A program made the position numbers and the translations under genes. A stretch of 64,000 nucleotides of DNA from Candidatus Latescibacterota bacterium (GTDB lineage Bacteria > Latescibacterota > UBA2968), in the NCBI GenBank assembly GCA_965204375.1, contig OZ241986.1, positions 2,560,001-2,624,000 of the forward strand, given 5' to 3'. The notes below the pieces were generated by a model that worked only from the letters and a program-made list of their open reading frames with translations, searched no databases and was not told the origin of the DNA. Shown here piece by piece: positions 57,993-64,000 of this stretch; positions within the stretch are counted from its first letter, which is position 1; every line of letters begins with the position of its first letter.

Positions 57993-59132
57993 ATGAAAAT
58001 CACCGCACTAAAAACATTCATTGCGCCCACAACGGGAAATTTTTTCGTCAAAGTCGAAACAGACGAAGGCATTTATGGCCTGGGAGAAGCGGGCGTAATA
58101 CGTCGCGGAACCGCGATAGCCGAAGTGATCCGCTCGTTTTCCCCAGACGTCATCGGGCAAGACCCCTTTCGGATTGAGCACCTGTGGCAGGTCATGTTTC
58201 GCGGCGGATTTTTCCCCGGCGGCGTGGTACAGTCATCGGCAGTAAGCGCCGTTGACATCGCGCTCTGGGATATCAAAGGCAAAGCCCTGGGCGTACCCGT
58301 CTATGAACTATTGGGCGGAAGAACCCGCGACAAAGTGGCGTGTTATCCGCATGTTGGCGATAAGAACAATATCGACCGACTGGTCGCAAATTGTGTGCAA
58401 CGACAGGAGGAAGGCTGGAAATTTGCCCGATGGAGCATGAGCGACCCCACAGATCCCAATGTATTTGAACCTTCGCGCGCCGTGCGTTATGGCATTGAAC
58501 AGGTAAAAGCCGTGCGCGAAGCCTGTGGCGATGAATTCGAAATCTGCGTAGATGTTCACACGCGACTGGATCCCACCTGGGTCATTGCATATTGCAAAGG
58601 CGTAGAACCCTATCGCCCATTTTTTATTGAAGACCCATTGCGCAGTGAAAGCCCACAGAGTCTGCGCCTCGTGCGACAAAACACGCATCTGCCCTTAGCC
58701 ATTGGCGAACAATTCGATAGCAAATGGAAATTTCAGCAAGTAATCGAAGAAGATTTGATGGACTATTGCCGTGTTGACCTCTGCATTGCGGGCGGTTTTA
58801 CCGAAGCGAAAAAAATCGCGGGCTGGTGCGAGGCACATTATATTCACCTGGCCCCTCACAATCCGCTGGGACCCGTGTCAACAGCCGCTTGTTTGCACCT
58901 GTGTCTATCGTCTTCTCTCGTCGGCGTACAGGAATTGCCCAGACCCCCCATGACCACCTTGACAGATGTATTCCCCAAACAAATGCCCTACGCAAATGGC
59001 CATCTGCTCGTCCCCGAAGGACCGGGATTGGGCATTGAATTGAACGAAGACGCGATTGCAGACGCATCCCCTCCCGAACCATTTACAGGATGGGGTTACC
59101 GCCGCGAAGACGGATCGTACGCAAATTGGTAA
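57993..59132 (+). CDS. galactonate dehydratase-like enolase superfamily protein (copy 1)
   Basis: VKVETDEG..GLGE, DIALWDIKGK, DVHTR, FIEDP, APHNPLGP. Confidence 0.9.
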   Translation: MKITALKTFIAPTTGNFFVKVETDEGIYGLGEAGVIRRGTAIAEVIRSFSPDVIGQDPFRIEHLWQVMFRGGFFPGGVVQSSAVSAVDIALWDIKGKALGVPVYELLGGRTRDKVACYPHVGDKNNIDRLVANCVQRQEEGWKFARWSMSDPTDPNVFEPSRAVRYGIEQVKAVREACGDEFEICVDVHTRLDPTWVIAYCKGVEPYRPFFIEDPLRSESPQSLRLVRQNTHLPLAIGEQFDSKWKFQQVIEEDLMDYCRVDLCIAGGFTEAKKIAGWCEAHYIHLAPHNPLGPVSTAACLHLCLSSSLVGVQELPRPPMTTLTDVFPKQMPYANGHLLVPEGPGLGIELNEDAIADASPPEPFTGWGYRREDGSYANW

Positions 59133-59263
59133 AAAAGGAGTATTAAAGATGCGGATACAACAGTACCCCGGTCTGCTCGCATTGATTTATTTGCGCGCCC
59201 AACGCACAACTTTAATACAACTCAGAAGCATCTGTATGTATCCATCTTTTCAGGAGAATAATC

Positions 59264-60403
59264 ATGAAAATCACTGCATTAAAAACATTCGTCGTTCCCA
59301 CAACGGGAAACTTTTTCGTCAAAGTCGAAACAGACGAAGGTATTTACGGATTGGGAGAAGCGGGCTTAAAGCGTCGCGGAACCGCGATAGCCGAAGTGAT
59401 CCGCTCGTTTTCCCCAGACGTTATCGGGCAAGACCCCTTTCGGATTGAGCACCTGTGGCAGGTCATGTTTCGCGGCGGATTTTTCCCCGGCGGCGTGGTA
59501 CAGTCATCGGCAGTAAGCGCCGTTGACATCGCGCTCTGGGATATCAAAGGCAAAGCCCTGGGCGTACCCGTCTATGAACTATTGGGCGGAAGAACCCGCG
59601 ACAAAGTGGCGTGTTATCCGCATATTGGCGAACGAGACAATATCGACCGACTGGTCGCAAATTGTGCACAACGACAGGAGGAAGGCTGGAAATTTGCCCG
59701 ATGGGGCATGAGCGACCCCACAGATCCCAATGTATTTGAACCTTCGCGCGCCGTGCGTCACGGCATCGAACAGGTAAAAGCCGTACGCGAAGCCTGTGGC
59801 GATGAATTCGAAATCTGCGTGGATGTACACACGCGACTGGACCCCGCCTGGGTCATTGCATATTGCAAAGGCGTGGAACCCTATCGCCCATTTTTTATCG
59901 AAGACCCATTGCGAAGTGAAAGCACACAGAGCCTGCGCCTCGTGCGACAAAACACGCATCTGCCTTTGGCCATTGGCGAACAATTCGACAGCAAGTGGAA
60001 ATTTCAGCAAGTAATCGAAGAAGATTTAATGGACTATTGCCGCGTTGACCTCTGCATCGCGGGCGGTTTGACCGAAGCAAAAAAGATCGCGGGCTGGTGC
60101 GAGACACATTATATTCACCTGGCCCCCCACAATCCACTGGGACCCGTGTCAACAGCCGCGTGTTTGCACCTGTGTTTATCGTCTTCTCTCGTCGGCGTAC
60201 AGGAATTGCCCAGACCTCCCATGACCACCTTAACAGATGTATTCCCCAAACAAATGCCCTACGCAGACGGCCATCTGCTCGTCCCCGAAGGACCGGGATT
60301 GGGCATTGAATTTAACGAAGACGCGATTGCAGACGTATCCCCTCCCGAACCATCTACAGGATCGGGATTTCGCCGCGAAGATGGCTCGTACACAAATTGG
60401 TAA
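59264..60403 (+). CDS. galactonate dehydratase-like enolase superfamily protein (copy 2)
   Basis: Same length and motifs as copy 1; about 20 aa differences. Confidence 0.9.
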   Translation: MKITALKTFVVPTTGNFFVKVETDEGIYGLGEAGLKRRGTAIAEVIRSFSPDVIGQDPFRIEHLWQVMFRGGFFPGGVVQSSAVSAVDIALWDIKGKALGVPVYELLGGRTRDKVACYPHIGERDNIDRLVANCAQRQEEGWKFARWGMSDPTDPNVFEPSRAVRHGIEQVKAVREACGDEFEICVDVHTRLDPAWVIAYCKGVEPYRPFFIEDPLRSESTQSLRLVRQNTHLPLAIGEQFDSKWKFQQVIEEDLMDYCRVDLCIAGGLTEAKKIAGWCETHYIHLAPHNPLGPVSTAACLHLCLSSSLVGVQELPRPPMTTLTDVFPKQMPYADGHLLVPEGPGLGIEFNEDAIADVSPPEPSTGSGFRREDGSYTNW

Positions 60404-60419
60404 AACAGGAGCATTAAAG

Positions 60420-61202
60420 ATGCGGAAACAACAACATCGCGGCCTACTCGCACTGATCGCCTGCATCCTCCTGCAGCCGGCCGCGGTAATCGCCCAAACC
60501 TCATTCCAATTTCAATACGGCAAACTCACAAACCCGTTTTCCGGGGCCGCGGAATACACCTCTATCCTCACCATACAACAGGCAGCGCAGTGGCAATATG
60601 GCGACAGTTTCTTTTTTATCGATTTTCTGGAAGATGGCGTTCCGGATGGCTTCAACGACAAAAGTATCTACGGAGAATGGTATCCAACCCTCAGCATTGG
60701 CAAACTGACGGACACAGAGTTCAGCCTCGGTCCCATCAGAGATATTTCCATAATCGCAGGATTCAATGCTGACTCCGATGCCAATGTCCTCAAATACCTG
60801 CCCGGTATCCGGGCTTCGTGGAACGTACCGGGCTTCTTCTTTGTCAACACCGACCTGACCGCCCTGATCGACGCCAGCAGCGGCACAGCGCACGGCGGCG
60901 CACCCACAACGAGCAACAGCTTTGTATTCGACATCAATTGGGGTACCGCCTTTGAAACCGGCGGTCAGACCTTCGGGTTCTTCGGCCATGCAGAATACGT
61001 CGGCTCCCAGACCAACGAATTCGGCAACGAAGTCAAAAGCTGGATCCTCGCGCAACCACAACTCACCTATGACTTGAGCAAGGCGATAAACGGAGAGGGC
61101 AACAAACTTTTCATCGGCATCGAATACCAGTACTGGTGGAACAAACTCGGCACCACCACTACCGAAAATGTCGTACAATTACTGGTTGTGTGGCAACTCT
61201 GA
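60420..61202 (+). CDS. Tsx-like nucleoside-specific outer-membrane channel (DUF5020-like)
   Basis: Signal peptide; YGDSFFFID, QPQL.YD, GIEYQYWWNKLG, terminal W.L. Confidence 0.82.
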   Translation: MRKQQHRGLLALIACILLQPAAVIAQTSFQFQYGKLTNPFSGAAEYTSILTIQQAAQWQYGDSFFFIDFLEDGVPDGFNDKSIYGEWYPTLSIGKLTDTEFSLGPIRDISIIAGFNADSDANVLKYLPGIRASWNVPGFFFVNTDLTALIDASSGTAHGGAPTTSNSFVFDINWGTAFETGGQTFGFFGHAEYVGSQTNEFGNEVKSWILAQPQLTYDLSKAINGEGNKLFIGIEYQYWWNKLGTTTTENVVQLLVVWQL

Positions 61203-61232
61203 TTTCTTTTAAAAAACAAAAGGAATTTCACC

Positions 61233-62489
61233 ATGAAAGTGCGAATCGGCATCATCGGGTGTGCGCGAATACTGAACGCCCATCTGCGCGGCTATAAAAT
61301 TCTGCAGGAAAACGGTTTTGGCGACCTCTTTCAGATCACGGCTTTGTGTGCGCGCAAAGAAGAAGACGCCCATCGCTTCTGCAAGCGAGGCGAGGGCCCC
61401 GGTCCCCGCCCCGCACCTGTGGACGCGCCTGGCGACCCGCTCAATGCGCCGCATTCATTTATCAGTGACCTGCATCCCGACAGCGATACCGAAGTGTACA
61501 CCAACTACAACGAAATGTTGGAAAAGGGCAAAATCGACGCCGTGATCATTTTGACCGGACACGACAACCACCACAGCATCGCCATCGACGCCATGAGAGC
61601 CGGCAAACACGTCTCGGTCGAAAAACCAATGGCGATCTCGGTCAAAGCAGCCCAGCGCATGTGCGAAGTCGCCGACGAAACCGGACAAATTTTGAGCATC
61701 GACGAAAATGTGAATTTCAATCCCGGCACCTGGGCCAGCCAGTGGGCCGTAGAAAAGGGCCTGATCGGCGATGTGCAAATGCTCTATCGCGGCGTCATAG
61801 GATTTCGCAATTCTCGTCCAGACCTCGTAGCAGCGCGAACGCCCTGGCGTCAGAGCAAATTGGGCGCAGGTGGGGGCGTTGCCATCGACCTGGGCGTCCA
61901 CCTTTTTAACGGCGTCCGCACGATCTGTGGTCCTGTAAAATCAGTTCAAGCCCTGTGGCGAACGCTCGAACCTGTGCGCGTCCTGATGTCCGACGACGAC
62001 CGCGCCGTGGTCGATCAAATCGAAAATCAAGTGGATGATGCTTTTTTTGCCAACTTTGAATTTGAAAACGGCGGCATCGGGCATATGGCTGTTTCGAGAA
62101 GTGCGCGGGGAACACAGATCGGCGTACCTGGCGGCACGAATATCTGGGGCAGCAAGGGGGCGATCTCAGACAACCAATTATTTGGAGAAGACGGTACATC
62201 GGAAAATGTGGAAGACCGATTTCAACGCGAAGCCGACCCATCGCGCATATCCGAAATCATGCCGCGTGGAATCACCGACGCATTTGCGCTTGAAAACCTG
62301 AACTGGCTGCAAGCCATCGCAAACGGCAAACCCGTCCAGATGAGCGGCGAAGAAGGCACCATCGATCTGGCATTGAGCTATGCGATTCTCGAATCTGGCT
62401 TGCTCGGACGCGCCGTCACTTTAGACGAAATGTTAAACGGTGAGGTGGATGGGTATCAGAAAGAGATCAACGATTACTACGGATTATAG
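61233..62489 (+). CDS. Gfo/Idh/MocA oxidoreductase
   Basis: IGIIGC, AGKHVSVEKP, DLGVH. Confidence 0.9.
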   Translation: MKVRIGIIGCARILNAHLRGYKILQENGFGDLFQITALCARKEEDAHRFCKRGEGPGPRPAPVDAPGDPLNAPHSFISDLHPDSDTEVYTNYNEMLEKGKIDAVIILTGHDNHHSIAIDAMRAGKHVSVEKPMAISVKAAQRMCEVADETGQILSIDENVNFNPGTWASQWAVEKGLIGDVQMLYRGVIGFRNSRPDLVAARTPWRQSKLGAGGGVAIDLGVHLFNGVRTICGPVKSVQALWRTLEPVRVLMSDDDRAVVDQIENQVDDAFFANFEFENGGIGHMAVSRSARGTQIGVPGGTNIWGSKGAISDNQLFGEDGTSENVEDRFQREADPSRISEIMPRGITDAFALENLNWLQAIANGKPVQMSGEEGTIDLALSYAILESGLLGRAVTLDEMLNGEVDGYQKEINDYYGL

Positions 62490-62498
62490 GAGCACGCG

Positions 62499-63260
62499 AT
62501 GAAAATCTCACCAGAACACCGGCAACAATTAGACGAGCAGGGCTATGTGATCATCCCCGATGTACTCTCGGAAGCCGAGATATCGCACTATCGGGCACTA
62601 TTGCTGAACCTTGCCAAACAAGAGCGCGGAGACGGCTCGGGACGGGTGCATACCAGTGGTAGAGGCCAGCATGTGCGGTGGCTGGTGAACAAGGGAAAAC
62701 CATTTGAAAAGCTGGTGGCACATCCCAAAGTCGTGCCCTACTTTGAATATATGCTCGGCGAAGATTATACCCTCAGCACACTCACGTCAAACGTGATTTA
62801 CCCGGGCGCCGAAGACAATGCGTTCCACGTCGATAATGCACTGGGCAAAATGCCAGAACCGCTACCCTCATTTCCGATGTTTGTCAACACCCTATGGCTC
62901 CTGAACGATTTTACCCCGAAAAACGGGGGCACGCGCTTTGTGCCCGGCAGCCATCGGTTCTTAAAAAAGCCCCCGCCAATAGACCATCCACACGCGCTAT
63001 GCCATCCCGATGAAATGCGGCTCTCGGCTCCAAAAGGCTCAGTATTCTTGTTCAACGGCGCAATATGGCACGCCACAGGAGCCAACCGAACAGATGACGC
63101 CCGCGTATGTCTGATCTGCTTCTGCTGCCGGTCATTTCTAAAACCGATGTTCGATTTTGTCCACTACCTCAAACCCGAAGTCGTGGATCGAGCCACACCG
63201 GAAATGAAGCGCATCTACGGATTTAATTCTCAACCCCAGCCACCGGATGTGCGCGATTAA
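62499..63260 (+). CDS. phytanoyl-CoA dioxygenase family
   Basis: FHVD, DFTPKNGGTRFVPGSH, IWHATGAN. Confidence 0.9.
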   Translation: MKISPEHRQQLDEQGYVIIPDVLSEAEISHYRALLLNLAKQERGDGSGRVHTSGRGQHVRWLVNKGKPFEKLVAHPKVVPYFEYMLGEDYTLSTLTSNVIYPGAEDNAFHVDNALGKMPEPLPSFPMFVNTLWLLNDFTPKNGGTRFVPGSHRFLKKPPPIDHPHALCHPDEMRLSAPKGSVFLFNGAIWHATGANRTDDARVCLICFCCRSFLKPMFDFVHYLKPEVVDRATPEMKRIYGFNSQPQPPDVRD

Positions 63261-63320
63261 ACGAATCTACGAATCAGCGAATCAACGATAACAGTTGGGT
63301 GGTTGGGCGGGGTTCATCTA

Positions 63321-63355
63321 TGAACTGGCCTGACAAGCGGCCAGTTGTACACCGC
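63321..63355. repeat. REP-like hairpin element (inverted copy of 748-782)
   Basis: TGAACTGGCC-tgacaagc-GGCCAGTTGTACACCGC. Confidence 0.8.
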
Positions 63356-63435
63356 CCGTCTATTCGCCTATTCGTCTCCTCGATTAGCTATTGAATCGGG
63401 GATATTTTTAGATACTCCAACAAAAGAGGCAAGCC

Positions 63436-64000
63436 ATGAAAATTACCGATGTCAAAGCCACAACATTGAAGGGCTACAAAGATTGGAACTATGTAAAAGT
63501 GGAAACCGACGCCGGCATATCGGGCGTGGGAGAAGCGCATCCGGGCGAAGGCATAACCGATGCGGTGACAAAATGCTTGCGCCCCATGCTAATCGGACAA
63601 AATCCTCTGAATGTCGAACCGCTCTACACGCGGATGCTCGACCGCAGCACCGGGCAATCTACCGCCGGGATACTCCTCGGCGCAATCGGCGGCGCGGAAA
63701 CAGCGCTTTGGGATGTCGCGGGCAAAGCCATTGGCGTGCCGGTCTATCAATTACTCGGCGGAAAGTACCGGGACCGACTGCGGATGTACGCCGATGTGGG
63801 CAGGGGACGAAATCGACAAAACACCCCCGAGACATGGGCAGAACGCGCAAAAGAGGGCGTGGCAGATGGGTTTCAGTCCATCAAGTTTGACATCGACGGA
63901 TCGGCAAATGAATTGCAACACGACCCCGTGGATCGCGGATTATCACTCGCCGAATTGGACAAAATGGAAGCCATGGTATCCGCAGTCCGCGACGCAATTG
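63436..64000 (+). CDS. mandelate racemase/enolase superfamily protein, runs off the window end
   Basis: Hand translation: MKITDVKA..VKVETDAGISGVGE..ETALWDVAGKAIGVPVYQLLGG..IKFD; GAGG RBS; absent from the ORF track. Confidence 0.88.
   Translation, partial: MKITDVKATTLKGYKDWNYVKVETDAGISGVGEAHPGEGITDAVTKCLRPMLIGQNPLNVEPLYTRMLDRSTGQSTAGILLGAIGGAETALWDVAGKAIGVPVYQLLGGKYRDRLRMYADVGRGRNRQNTPETWAERAKEGVADGFQSIKFDIDGSANELQHDPVDRGLSLAELDKMEAMVSAVRDAI

Noticed and set aside
63345-63890. 181-aa ORF from the track
   Set aside because: Off-frame shadow of the enolase-family gene starting at 63436

Overview
Bacterial chromosomal window, densely coding. No rRNA, tRNA or CRISPR array was seen. Most of it is catabolic: 3 sulfatases, a GH29 fucosidase, 6 enolase-superfamily dehydratases (two a recent tandem duplication), 2 PhyH dioxygenases, Gfo/Idh/MocA, AKR, epimerases and a C45 peptidase. 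Housekeeping genes include queD, a sigma-70 factor, an RND pump, selA-selB, fbaB and mazG. This content, with a GWxTD protein, suggests a Latescibacterota/Poribacteria-like marine or sponge-associated organism (inference only). The accessory block at about 34.0-44.7 kb is the most interesting part. It encodes an apparently cytoplasmic beta-propeller/Y_Y_Y/sigma-54 activator, divergent from a near-consensus -24/-12 promoter with three tandem dyad enhancer sites. That promoter heads a run of exported proteins, including a five-repeat propeller protein and an FGE/CLec-type protein whose 3' end looks like a diversity-generating-retroelement variable region (8 A in 120 nt). No RT or template repeat is visible in the window. 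The block also holds an IS4 element with a 20-bp duplication of a hairpin target, a toxin-antitoxin relic, and an integrase arm-domain/inactive-nuclease fusion. Separately, the sigma-factor promoter carries a GAAC-N4-GTTC LexA-type box. All family calls come from motif recognition, not database searches.
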